A model generated the notes under the pieces. The model ran no database searches. It was given only the letters and a program-made list of their open reading frames with translations, and had not been told where the DNA came from. This document shows positions 1-7,993 of a stretch of 32,000 nucleotides of DNA, piece after piece. The stretch is from Akkermansia muciniphila ATCC BAA-835 (GTDB lineage: Bacteria > Verrucomicrobiota > Verrucomicrobiia > Verrucomicrobiales > Akkermansiaceae): contig NC_010655.1 in assembly GCF_000020225.1 (NCBI RefSeq), positions 450,001-482,000 of the forward strand, read 5' to 3'. Each line of letters begins with the position of its first letter. The first letter of the stretch is position 1. A program made the position numbers and the translations under genes.

Positions 1-460
1 CCTCATTGGGAGTTATTTTATTTTTCCCGATATTGACCCCCAGAACACCGTGAAAACGAGTGGCGGAACGAATGTTTTCCACTCCGGCGGCAATACCTTC
101 ATTGTTAAATCCCATCCGGTTGATAATAGCTTTCTGGGGAATCAGCCGGAACAGGCGGGGCTTTTCATTGCCCGGTTGCGGCCGGGGCGTCAGCGTACCC
201 ACTTCCACAAAACCGAATCCGGCCTGGCCAAAAGCGCTTACCGTATCCGCTTCCTTGTCCATTCCGGCGGCAAGTCCCACCCGGTTGGGGAATTTCATCC
301 CCAGGATTTCCACAGGATCAGAAGGAACTTCCCCCATTACTAGAGGTAGTACACGCATCTTTTCTGCCAGGCGCAACCCCCACAAGGTCACCTTGTGGGC
401 AGTTTCCGGATTCATTTGGAATAATACACTTTTAGCGGCGGAATATAAGGCGGGTGACAC
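1..460 (-). CDS. pyrD: Dihydroorotate dehydrogenase (quinone), class 2; only the N-terminal ~150 aa, gene runs off the left edge
   Basis: Absent from the ORF track because the window edge truncates it. My manual minus-strand translation gives VSPALYSAAKSVLFQMNPETAHKVTLWGLRLAEK...FPNRVGLAAGMDKEADTVSAFGQAGFGFVEVGTLTPRPQPGNEKPRLFRLIPQKAIINRMGFNNEGIAAGVENI...GVNIGKNK. This matches the PyrD blocks as I remember them from E. coli (LFQLDPERAH, GLAAGLDK, GTVTPRPQPGN.KPRLFRL, INRMGFNN, INIGKNK). An in-frame upstream stop lies at 476-478. The start is GTG 458-460 (preferred, fits the family N-terminus) or ATG 413-415. Plus-strand ORFs 50-343 and 60-491 are antisense shadows. Confidence 0.85.
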   Translation of the reverse strand, partial: MSPALYSAAKSVLFQMNPETAHKVTLWGLRLAEKMRVLPLVMGEVPSDPVEILGMKFPNRVGLAAGMDKEADTVSAFGQAGFGFVEVGTLTPRPQPGNEKPRLFRLIPQKAIINRMGFNNEGIAAGVENIRSATRFHGVLGVNIGKNKITPNE

Positions 461-547
461 AATGCGGGGAGTGTATCACACCCTCTTTTAGGGTCAAGAA
501 TGGGAAGCGTCTTGCCGGGATGATTTTATCCGGTACAATTCCTTGCC

Positions 548-1192
548 ATGAACAGGAAGGAATGCCTCTCATCCTGCCGTCTGTACGGTATTGTAGATAT
601 GGGATATACAGCTGAACATCAACTACTCCCTGTAACAGAAAAACTATTGGCAGGCGGCCTGCGCATTCTCCAGCTAAGGGCAAAAAACCATAACCCGGAA
701 CACATTGAAAATATGGGGCTCCAGCTTGCCCCCCTGTGCCGTAAATACGGCTGTCTTTTCATCATCAACGATTATCCTGAAATTGCCCTGAACATCGGCG
801 CAGACGGCGTCCATCTGGGACAGGATGACGGAGACTTGGCATCCGTAAGGGGGCTGCTGGGAAAGGATGCCGTTATAGGACGGTCCACGCATAGTCCTGA
901 ACAGGCCTTGGGTGCATGTGGAGAGCAGGCGGACTATATCGGGTTTGGGCCCTTGTTCCCCACGGGTACCAAACCGGGAAGACAGGCCATTGGCCTGGAA
1001 GACATCGCAAGCGTACAGCAACAGCTACCGGAAAATTTCCCTGTCTTCTGTATCGGCGGCATCAATGGGAACACACTGCCCTCCGTACTGGAGGCGGGGG
1101 CAAACAGGGTAGTCATCGTTTCCTGGCTGCTTACACACCCCGACATCACGGGAACAGTCAGAACTCTCAGAAAAGAACTGGGAGAAGCGTAA
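548..1192 (+). CDS. thiE: Thiamine-phosphate synthase
   Basis: The 214-aa ORF has the ThiE TIM-barrel pattern: LYGIVD near the N-terminus, GGLRILQLRAKN, FIINDYPEIALNIGADGVHLGQDD, IGRSTHS, ADYIGFGPLFPTGTK and FCIGGIN. ATG start verified at 548. Confidence 0.85.
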   Translation: MNRKECLSSCRLYGIVDMGYTAEHQLLPVTEKLLAGGLRILQLRAKNHNPEHIENMGLQLAPLCRKYGCLFIINDYPEIALNIGADGVHLGQDDGDLASVRGLLGKDAVIGRSTHSPEQALGACGEQADYIGFGPLFPTGTKPGRQAIGLEDIASVQQQLPENFPVFCIGGINGNTLPSVLEAGANRVVIVSWLLTHPDITGTVRTLRKELGEA

Positions 1193-1217
1193 CGAAAAAC
1201 GCACACCCCCAGCCATG

Positions 1218-1892
1218 TTATCCCTGCCTTTCCTCTTCCTCCGGAGACAGAGCCGGACGGGAGATCAGAAAAACGGCGGTATTCACAATCATCTGCAAAA
1301 TGTGCTCCTGATCCTTCATCCACGGTTCCTTTTCTTGAAGATCCATGCACGCGACATATTTCCCCAACGTAGCATGGAAGATGGAACTCATGATATGCGC
1401 ATGCCAAGATAAGGAAAGCTCATCATCCCACGGACAGAATCTCCGAATTCTTGCTATCATCTCCTGGATAGATGGAGCATAAAATTCATCATAGATTTTT
1501 CTTCCCAGATATTCCGGCTCCTGCGGCAAACGCCACAATAAACGGACATGATCCGGCCCTCCCAGGCTCTCATCCAGAAATAGCCGGAAAGCAGGTTCTA
1601 TAAATGCACGGGCATACGCCCTCAGGGACGGATGAAGATCCGCCTCTTTCAGCATCTTCATGCGCGCTTTCATCAGAGGTTCCGCATATTGTCTGTAAAC
1701 AGCCAGATACAGTCCCTCCTTATTCTCAAAATAGTAAACGATAGAAGCCAGATTAACTCCTGCTTCAGAAGCGACCGCCCTCATGGTCACGCCATTAAAT
1801 CCCCTGAGGGCAAAAAGCTTCTGTGCAGCACGGAGGATTTTGCCGCTGGTTTCCGCAGAACGGTCGGACTGGGATTTGCGGGTAGAAGACAT
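1218..1892 (-). CDS. TetR/AcrR-family transcriptional regulator
   Basis: The N-terminal helix-turn-helix region KILRAAQKLFALRGFNGVTMRAVASEAGVNLASIVYYFENKEGLYLAVY is a textbook TetR_N signature, followed by a helical ligand-binding domain. It lies 27 bp downstream of the thioredoxin-like gene on the same strand. Confidence 0.85.
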   Translation of the reverse strand: MSSTRKSQSDRSAETSGKILRAAQKLFALRGFNGVTMRAVASEAGVNLASIVYYFENKEGLYLAVYRQYAEPLMKARMKMLKEADLHPSLRAYARAFIEPAFRLFLDESLGGPDHVRLLWRLPQEPEYLGRKIYDEFYAPSIQEMIARIRRFCPWDDELSLSWHAHIMSSIFHATLGKYVACMDLQEKEPWMKDQEHILQMIVNTAVFLISRPALSPEEEERQG

Positions 1893-1919
1893 CTCCTCAA
1901 CAATCAGACAATGCGCCGC

Positions 1920-2660
1920 CTAGCGGGAAGAACGGCTTGAGCCGATGGCTTTTACCAACTGTTCCATGTTTTGGGAGGACTGAATAGGCTTGCCGTCCTT
2001 GTCCACCAGAATCATGGTAGGGATACCGCGTGGAGCCACCTTCTTGGCAAGCTCCGTCAAATCCTCTTTCAACAGGATAGGCCATGGCATGTTATTGGCA
2101 GCAGCCCATTTTTGGGCGGCATCCAGGTTCTGGTCCAGATTGCACATGATTACTTCCACATCCGGATTATCCTTTACCACCCTGTTATAGGCCTCCACGC
2201 TGTGAGGCGCATTCCGGCAGCAAGGACCGCACCAGCTTGCACTGAAATACAAAATGAAATGCTTGGGATTCAATTTCCCGTCCCTCTTTTTAAGTTTGCC
2301 GTTTTCAAGCATGTAAGTCTTTCCCTTCATCTCCTCCGCCACAGGGCCGGACGGCATGGACGACCATTCTGCAATAGGCTTGCCGATAACTTCCTTGTGT
2401 TCCTCCAGCCATGCGCGATCTTCATCGGAAAGCTTTTCCAGCGGCATCGTAATGGGCTTTTTAGCCGTCGTCACCAATTTGACGGTCTTCATATTCAGGG
2501 CTACTGGACGGGCTTCCACCGTACTGCCCGTATTTTTATTAGTCCAGGTGCGAAGGGAAGGATCATCCGCTACTCCGGAAGAATCCGCCCAACAGAGAGA
2601 GGACCCCATCATGAATGTGGATGCCAATAAGATACACCAAGATGAAAATTTCATACACAT
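1920..2660 (-). CDS. Secreted SHD1-domain / TlpA-ResA-like thioredoxin-fold thiol-disulfide oxidoreductase
   Basis: The signal peptide is MKFSSWCILLASTFMMGSSLCWA. The SHD1-like segment is LRTWTNKNTGSTVEARPVALNMKTVKLVTTAKKPITMPLEKLSDEDRAWL. The thioredoxin fold has active site FSASWCGPCC and the downstream GIPTMILVDKDGKPI motif. The real start may be the second ATG at 2654. Confidence 0.8.
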   Translation of the reverse strand: MCMKFSSWCILLASTFMMGSSLCWADSSGVADDPSLRTWTNKNTGSTVEARPVALNMKTVKLVTTAKKPITMPLEKLSDEDRAWLEEHKEVIGKPIAEWSSMPSGPVAEEMKGKTYMLENGKLKKRDGKLNPKHFILYFSASWCGPCCRNAPHSVEAYNRVVKDNPDVEVIMCNLDQNLDAAQKWAAANNMPWPILLKEDLTELAKKVAPRGIPTMILVDKDGKPIQSSQNMEQLVKAIGSSRSSR

Positions 2661-2679
2661 AATGCTAATATACTATTTC

Positions 2680-4983
2680 TTATCTTCCATGTCGAGAAGC
2701 TGATTCCAAAATTTGCCTGGCCCGGGCATGTCCCGGGTCGCGGCGCAGGGCTTCCGCGGCAGCGGCAGCGGCCTCACGGTACCGCCCATTGCGGTAAAGC
2801 ATCACCGCAAGAGTGAAAGGAATATCCGCATTTCCCTTTTCCAGGGAAGAACAGTTTTCCAAATCCTGCAAAGCCTGCTCCAGCCGGCCCACTTTTTCAT
2901 TCAACAGAGCACGGTTAAACAAAGCACGAATAAAGGAAGGCTCTATTTTTAAAGCTTCGTTAAAGGATTCCAAAGCTCCCGACTCATCATTATTTTCAAT
3001 CTGGCCCAGTCCCAGGAGATACCACAGATTGGCATCCCTGGGAGCCAGGCGTACAGCCTCTTGCATCTGATCCACCGCCTCCCGGCTGCGGCCTTGAGAA
3101 GCCAGGAAAACGGCATAATCACGGTGCACCACGGATGAAGTGGCATCCCATTTCAAAGCTTTGGAAAACCACAATTCCGCAGTTTTCACATCCTTACGGC
3201 TAATGGCTATCTGGGCCAGCTTCATAGCTCCGGAAGGCTGGTCCGCCTGGTGCAAAGCGGCAGCAGTAAGCTCCTTCATTCCCGGACTGTCCGGAGGCAG
3301 GGAATCCCGGAGAGCCCATTCCGCCTGCAAGCGCACGACCCTGAACGGATCATTAAGAAGTTTGCCCGCAGCAGGATTACCCACTCGCCCCATCACTTTG
3401 GCGGCGGCGGCTCGCGTCAGAGGATCCGGGTCCTTAACCGCCGCCGCGGCCACTTCCTGGACGGCGGGTTCATGAGCCCATGCATCCATCAAATCCAATA
3501 ACGTAGCGCGCCATGCACCCACTTCCTCCCTCTTAAAACATTCCATAAGCAGAGGCAAAACATCTTCCTTTCCTTCGTAGGCATGCTGAACGGCCCTGGT
3601 CCGTTCCCTGTACTGCGCCATTTTGGGTTTAGCTCCGTAATATTTCTTTACCGCCTCCGCAGCCCATTCATTGCTTTTTTCCTCGTGGCACATGGTACAG
3701 GCATTCGGAATCCCCAACTCTACGCTCAGCAAAGGATCAGGAGAATTGAAAGAATGATCCCTGCGGGGGTCCCGAGCCATATACAGGCTTTCCGGCATAT
3801 GGCATTCCACACACCGGGCACCCATGCTGGACTGAGGACATGGCGTATGCGTAGCCATGTCAATAACGGGAGCTTTTACGCCGTTTACCGCTTCTCCAGT
3901 ACCGTGACACCTCAAGCAGAGCGTATTATCTTCTTGAGGAAGCTTCAGTGTTCCCGTATGCGGATCATGACAGTCCAAACAGGTCACTCCCGCCTTGCCC
4001 ATACGGCTTAACCTCAGACCAGTCTCGCAATAATCCTCATCCCTTTGCATGCCATTGGGCCAGAAAACGCCGGGCTGCACGGGAAGCACCAGTTGGAAAT
4101 GATTGTCAAAACGGTCACCTACGGCAAAATCATGATCAAATTCATCCCTCCGGGCATGGCAGGAAGCGCAGTTATCATGAATCTGCTGTGGCGTCAGCTT
4201 GTTCCTGGTGGAAATCATGCAACCCGTCCCCGCCTCCGGCTTGTCCAGCAGGGGGCCGTGGCATTGAATGCAAGTCACTCCGGGTTCCGTCCAGGTAGAA
4301 GCATACCGATCTTTAACAGGATCATAATTCTTATGGAACAAAGACATGTGGCACCACGCGCACTGCGTGTTCCAATTCATGCCTCGTCCTGTCCAGTGCC
4401 CCCAGTCTCCCGGCTGGCGGGACTCCTTGCCGAAAATATCAAACCATTCTTTGCGGTTCACGTCCCATGCAGCGCTCAAGGTATGAAAACCGCCGTCCTT
4501 GGCAGGAACCAGATACTGCACCAGGGGAATTCTCCCTGTGGCCCATTCCGCGCGCCAGGAGGTTGAAGACTGACCGTCATGGACCATGCGCCCGTGACCA
4601 TTCGTAGAGAATTGGAGAATGCTGCCATGAGCGTCCAGCTTCATGTTATGGAACGCTTCAGATTCCCATTGATCTCCCAGTTTGCGGAATGCCCAGGCAT
4701 GGTCTGAACCGGCCCACTGACGGAATTCCTTTTCATGACATGCTCCGCACTGCATGGAAATAGGCACCTCATTCTGGTCCCAGTGCTCACTGCCTCCTGA
4801 AAAAACAACCGGCTGCGCTGCCGCTCCAGAACGTCTGTCCATCCAGGCCTTCACCATTGTGCCCAGTCCGATCAAAGCCCCAAGAACAACGAGGAGAACC
4901 ACCCATTTCTTCATGGAAGGGCGGTTCACAGGGGCATCAGCAGATTCAGGGGCGGACATGGCGGAAATATTCTGCCATATCAT
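2680..4983 (-). CDS. Membrane-anchored octaheme c-type cytochrome fused to a C-terminal TPR/helical-repeat domain
   Basis: The N-terminal hydrophobic anchor is KKWVVLLVVLGALIGLG. I counted eight CXXCH motifs: CGACH aa79, CAWCH aa208, CIQCH aa238, CASCH aa272, CLDCH aa335, CLRCH aa356, CVECH aa391, CTMCH aa429. Together they span roughly nt 3685-4749. The C-terminal ~330 aa is helical repeat with clear TPR units, for example EAVDQMQEAVRLAPRDANLWYLLGLGQIENNDESGALESFNEALKIEP. Confidence 0.8.
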   Translation of the reverse strand: MIWQNISAMSAPESADAPVNRPSMKKWVVLLVVLGALIGLGTMVKAWMDRRSGAAAQPVVFSGGSEHWDQNEVPISMQCGACHEKEFRQWAGSDHAWAFRKLGDQWESEAFHNMKLDAHGSILQFSTNGHGRMVHDGQSSTSWRAEWATGRIPLVQYLVPAKDGGFHTLSAAWDVNRKEWFDIFGKESRQPGDWGHWTGRGMNWNTQCAWCHMSLFHKNYDPVKDRYASTWTEPGVTCIQCHGPLLDKPEAGTGCMISTRNKLTPQQIHDNCASCHARRDEFDHDFAVGDRFDNHFQLVLPVQPGVFWPNGMQRDEDYCETGLRLSRMGKAGVTCLDCHDPHTGTLKLPQEDNTLCLRCHGTGEAVNGVKAPVIDMATHTPCPQSSMGARCVECHMPESLYMARDPRRDHSFNSPDPLLSVELGIPNACTMCHEEKSNEWAAEAVKKYYGAKPKMAQYRERTRAVQHAYEGKEDVLPLLMECFKREEVGAWRATLLDLMDAWAHEPAVQEVAAAAVKDPDPLTRAAAAKVMGRVGNPAAGKLLNDPFRVVRLQAEWALRDSLPPDSPGMKELTAAALHQADQPSGAMKLAQIAISRKDVKTAELWFSKALKWDATSSVVHRDYAVFLASQGRSREAVDQMQEAVRLAPRDANLWYLLGLGQIENNDESGALESFNEALKIEPSFIRALFNRALLNEKVGRLEQALQDLENCSSLEKGNADIPFTLAVMLYRNGRYREAAAAAAEALRRDPGHARARQILESASRHGR

Positions 4984-5053
4984 ACGCGCTCCACCAAGGA
5001 ACTTTTACATCAGGCAGCACAGTCCTTGACATGCCCAGTCCGTAAACGGCAGA

Positions 5054-6379
5054 TTATTCCTCCTCTTCCAGGACCTCCTCCCGCATCAGGGGAGTAATCC
5101 GGGTCACGGTACAGCGCTCCACACCGCCATTCTCCGTCCGGGTCACCTTGAATTCCAGCCCTCTATAGCCGACAGTATCTCCTTCCTCCGCAGGAGCTTC
5201 CAGCAAATTAAGAATCAGGCCCCCTACGGTGTCTATTTCCCCGTCCTCCAAATCCATGTCCATGGCCTCCCCCAATTCCTCAATGCGTGCCAGACCGGAT
5301 ACGTCACAGGAGAAGCCCACCGCATCCCTAGACAACTCCGTTAGCACTTTAATGCGGCCTCGGTCCCAGCCCATTACTTCGGAAAAAACATCCGTCAGGG
5401 TCAAAAGTCCGGAAGTCCCCCCGTGCTCATCCAGAATAATGGCAAGGCGCACATTGTCCTTCCTCATGATTTCCACCACATTGTCAAACTTCACCGTTTT
5501 GGGAACCTTGGGTATGGCATGAATGTATTCAGGAGTCAGAGCCTTTCTGCGGAACATGATACGGAACAGATCGCGGGCATGCACCATGCCCACCACATGG
5601 TCCAGATCACCGCGGTAGACAGGGTAACGCGTACGGCGAGTGCGACGCACAATTTCCCGTATCTGCTCATGTTCCGCCCCTTCTGGAATGGCGTCTATCC
5701 TGACGCGCGGGGTCATGACCTGGTGTACATACAGATCATCCAGGTCAAACAAGCCGTCCATGATGCGGCCGGATTCCTGCGGCAACGCCCCGTTCTCATG
5801 GCTCTCTTCAATAATATACTGGAGTTCTTCCGCAGAATGGTAGTGGGACTTGGATTCATTACGGTCCACACCCAGCAACCCCAGAAAGAAATTGCCCAGG
5901 GCATTCATACCCACTACCAGAGGATACAGGCAGAGCTGGATCACGTACATGGGCATCGCAATGATGAGGCAAAGCTTTGCGGCGTACTGTAGGGACAGCG
6001 CCTTGGGCACCATTTCCCCAAGAACAATATGCAGGTACGTCAGCACCGCCACAGACAGGATGCTGGCTGCGCCATGAGCCACCAGCCAGGAAGCCCAGCC
6101 GTACTGCGCCAACCATTCATGAAGCCATCCGGCTACCGCATGCTCTCCGTACATACCCAACCCCAGACTGGCGAACGTGACGCCAAGCTGCGCCGTAGCA
6201 ATGTAGCGGTCCTGTAACCGGGGCGTTTTCAATATCTGGGAAACGCGGCGCGCCACCATGTTGCCGGACACACCCATCTGCTCCAATGCCGCACGCGGAG
6301 CGCCAAGCAACGCGAATTCTGCAGCCACAAACAGGCCGTTCAGCACAATCAGCAACAGAATAATGAAAACCGTCATCAT
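5054..6379 (-). CDS. CNNM/CorC/TlyC-family protein (DUF21 transmembrane domain + CBS pair + CorC_HlyC)
   Basis: The 441-aa ORF has the N-terminal DUF21 pattern LNGLFVAAEFALLGAPRAALEQM, a central CBS pair (VMTPRVRIDAI..., VVGMVHARDL) and a C-terminal CorC_HlyC-like GDTVGYRGLEFKVTRTENGGVERCTV. Confidence 0.85.
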   Translation of the reverse strand: MMTVFIILLLIVLNGLFVAAEFALLGAPRAALEQMGVSGNMVARRVSQILKTPRLQDRYIATAQLGVTFASLGLGMYGEHAVAGWLHEWLAQYGWASWLVAHGAASILSVAVLTYLHIVLGEMVPKALSLQYAAKLCLIIAMPMYVIQLCLYPLVVGMNALGNFFLGLLGVDRNESKSHYHSAEELQYIIEESHENGALPQESGRIMDGLFDLDDLYVHQVMTPRVRIDAIPEGAEHEQIREIVRRTRRTRYPVYRGDLDHVVGMVHARDLFRIMFRRKALTPEYIHAIPKVPKTVKFDNVVEIMRKDNVRLAIILDEHGGTSGLLTLTDVFSEVMGWDRGRIKVLTELSRDAVGFSCDVSGLARIEELGEAMDMDLEDGEIDTVGGLILNLLEAPAEEGDTVGYRGLEFKVTRTENGGVERCTVTRITPLMREEVLEEEE

Positions 6380-7710
6380 GCATCCACCCCGCTTTCCATG
6401 GCAAATTCATTTTCCTTTCTCTCCGGAGGCAGCAGCAGGATAGAGGAAACACGGTTATGGTCCATCTTTTCCACCACAAGCACGCGTCCGGCAATAATCA
6501 GGCGGTCCCCATCCTTCGGAATGCAGGACATGTGCTTGATCACGCAGCCGCCCACAGTAGTGGCGCCATTCATCAAAAAGGGTACCAGGCATTCCGCCTT
6601 ATGGGCACGCATCATGCCGGGGATGCGCACGGAACCATCCGGAAGGGTTTCCACCTTTTCCCCGGAACGGATGAATTCCTCATCTATATCTCCCACCATT
6701 TCTCCCAGCAGACGTTCCAGCGTCACCAGCCCCACAAACTTACCGTATTCATCCAGAACAAAGGCTTCCTTGGCCCTGTCTTCCCGCAAACGGGCCATCA
6801 GCATCTCTACCGTCTGCATTTCCATCACGCATGGCACCTGCCTCAGCATGGAACGGAGAGGAGGCAGAATTCCCTTTTCCGCATAAGCGGATACCATATC
6901 TTTAATATGCAGCATGCCAATGACAGATTCACGGTTCCCTTCATACACGGGAATATGGGTATGAGGCCTATCTGCGATCATATTCAAAATATCTTCCTGT
7001 GTGGCATCCACATCCAGGCAAACAAGCTGAAAACGGGGAATCATAATTTGTTCCACCGTTCGTTCCGCCAGGGACAAAGCGCTGTGCAGCCGTTCATGCT
7101 CATCTTCCTCCAACATCCCGCCCTGGTGGCTTTCATCCAGCAGCATATTAATCTCCTGCTGGGAGTGGATGTGCTGATGGCCGCCAGGTGGGAGCCGGAA
7201 CAGTTTAAGAAGCAACAAACCGCTTCCATTAAGAAAGTCAATGAACCATGCGAAGAAAGCCAGTGTCCATCGCATGGGATAATAAGTATACAAGGCCGCC
7301 TGCTTGGGAAACTGAAGAGCCAGGGATTTGGGCATCAATTCTCCAAGAATTACCTGAAAAACCGTCAAGCCTATCAGTACAACAAGAGCGGCTGCAGAAT
7401 TGGCCATTACGGAGTCCATCCCACCAAACCGCTCAAACAGAGGGAACAGATAGGCGGCCAGTTCAACCTGTCCGTATGCGCCCAGAACCAGGCTGGAAAT
7501 GGTAATGCCGAACTGGCAAGCCGCAATGTAGCGGTCCAGCTCTTTTGTATTTTCCAAAATCTTAAGCAGATGAACAGCCACCCTGCTGCCGTTCTCCGCC
7601 ATTTCCCGGATCATGTTGCGGCGTACGCTCACTGCGGCGAATTCTGCTGCAACATAAAAGGCGTTGACCAGAATCAGAAAAAGAATAACGAAAGTGACAA
7701 AAAGAATCAT
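6376..7710 (-). CDS. CNNM/CorC/TlyC-family protein, tandem paralog of the previous gene
   Basis: The 444-aa ORF has the same architecture: VNAFYVAAEFAAVSVRRNMIREMA, CBS pair IMIPRFQLVCLD..., VIGMLHIKDM, and a CorC_HlyC-like C-terminus. Its TGA stop overlaps the ATG of the downstream paralog (ATGA, 6376-6379), which I verified in the sequence. Confidence 0.85.
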   Translation of the reverse strand: MILFVTFVILFLILVNAFYVAAEFAAVSVRRNMIREMAENGSRVAVHLLKILENTKELDRYIAACQFGITISSLVLGAYGQVELAAYLFPLFERFGGMDSVMANSAAALVVLIGLTVFQVILGELMPKSLALQFPKQAALYTYYPMRWTLAFFAWFIDFLNGSGLLLLKLFRLPPGGHQHIHSQQEINMLLDESHQGGMLEEDEHERLHSALSLAERTVEQIMIPRFQLVCLDVDATQEDILNMIADRPHTHIPVYEGNRESVIGMLHIKDMVSAYAEKGILPPLRSMLRQVPCVMEMQTVEMLMARLREDRAKEAFVLDEYGKFVGLVTLERLLGEMVGDIDEEFIRSGEKVETLPDGSVRIPGMMRAHKAECLVPFLMNGATTVGGCVIKHMSCIPKDGDRLIIAGRVLVVEKMDHNRVSSILLLPPERKENEFAMESGVDA

Positions 7711-7924
7711 GTATGGCAGGGGTGTCCGTAAAACGCAACGGGCATCCGCATCATAGGAACCGAAAAAATCCTGTCAAGAACGGGAAACAAAAAAATCTGC
7801 CATGCGGAAAGAGCTCCATTCCTCCCGTCCCTTTCCAGCATTCCAAACTTTCTCCTTCCGGCACAGGTAAAAAAATTCCGGCGATCACGCAAGCAGTTGA
7901 AGCAACTGCAAAACATCTTTCCAG

Positions 7925-7966
7925 CAACCGGAAAGCCCCGTTCCCGGAATAACCGGAAACGGGGCT
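7925..7966 (-). terminator. Putative intrinsic terminator downstream of pnp
   Basis: Read on the minus strand, an imperfect long hairpin AGCCCCGTTTCCGG-TTATT-CCGGGAACGGGGCT (7934-7966) is followed by TTTCCGGTT. It starts 28 nt after the pnp stop. The U-tract is weak. Confidence 0.45.
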
Positions 7967-7993
7967 GAGAGTTTAAAGGCTCAACAAAAAACG

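Noticed and set aside
461-547. Possible TPP (THI-box) riboswitch upstream of thiE.
   Set aside because: Only about 87 bp are available, shared with the divergent pyrD start. I see no CUGAGA or ACCUGAUCUGGAUAAUGCCAGCG-like core. The weak similarity (GGGGAGTG...CACCC, GATGATTTTATCCGG) is not enough.
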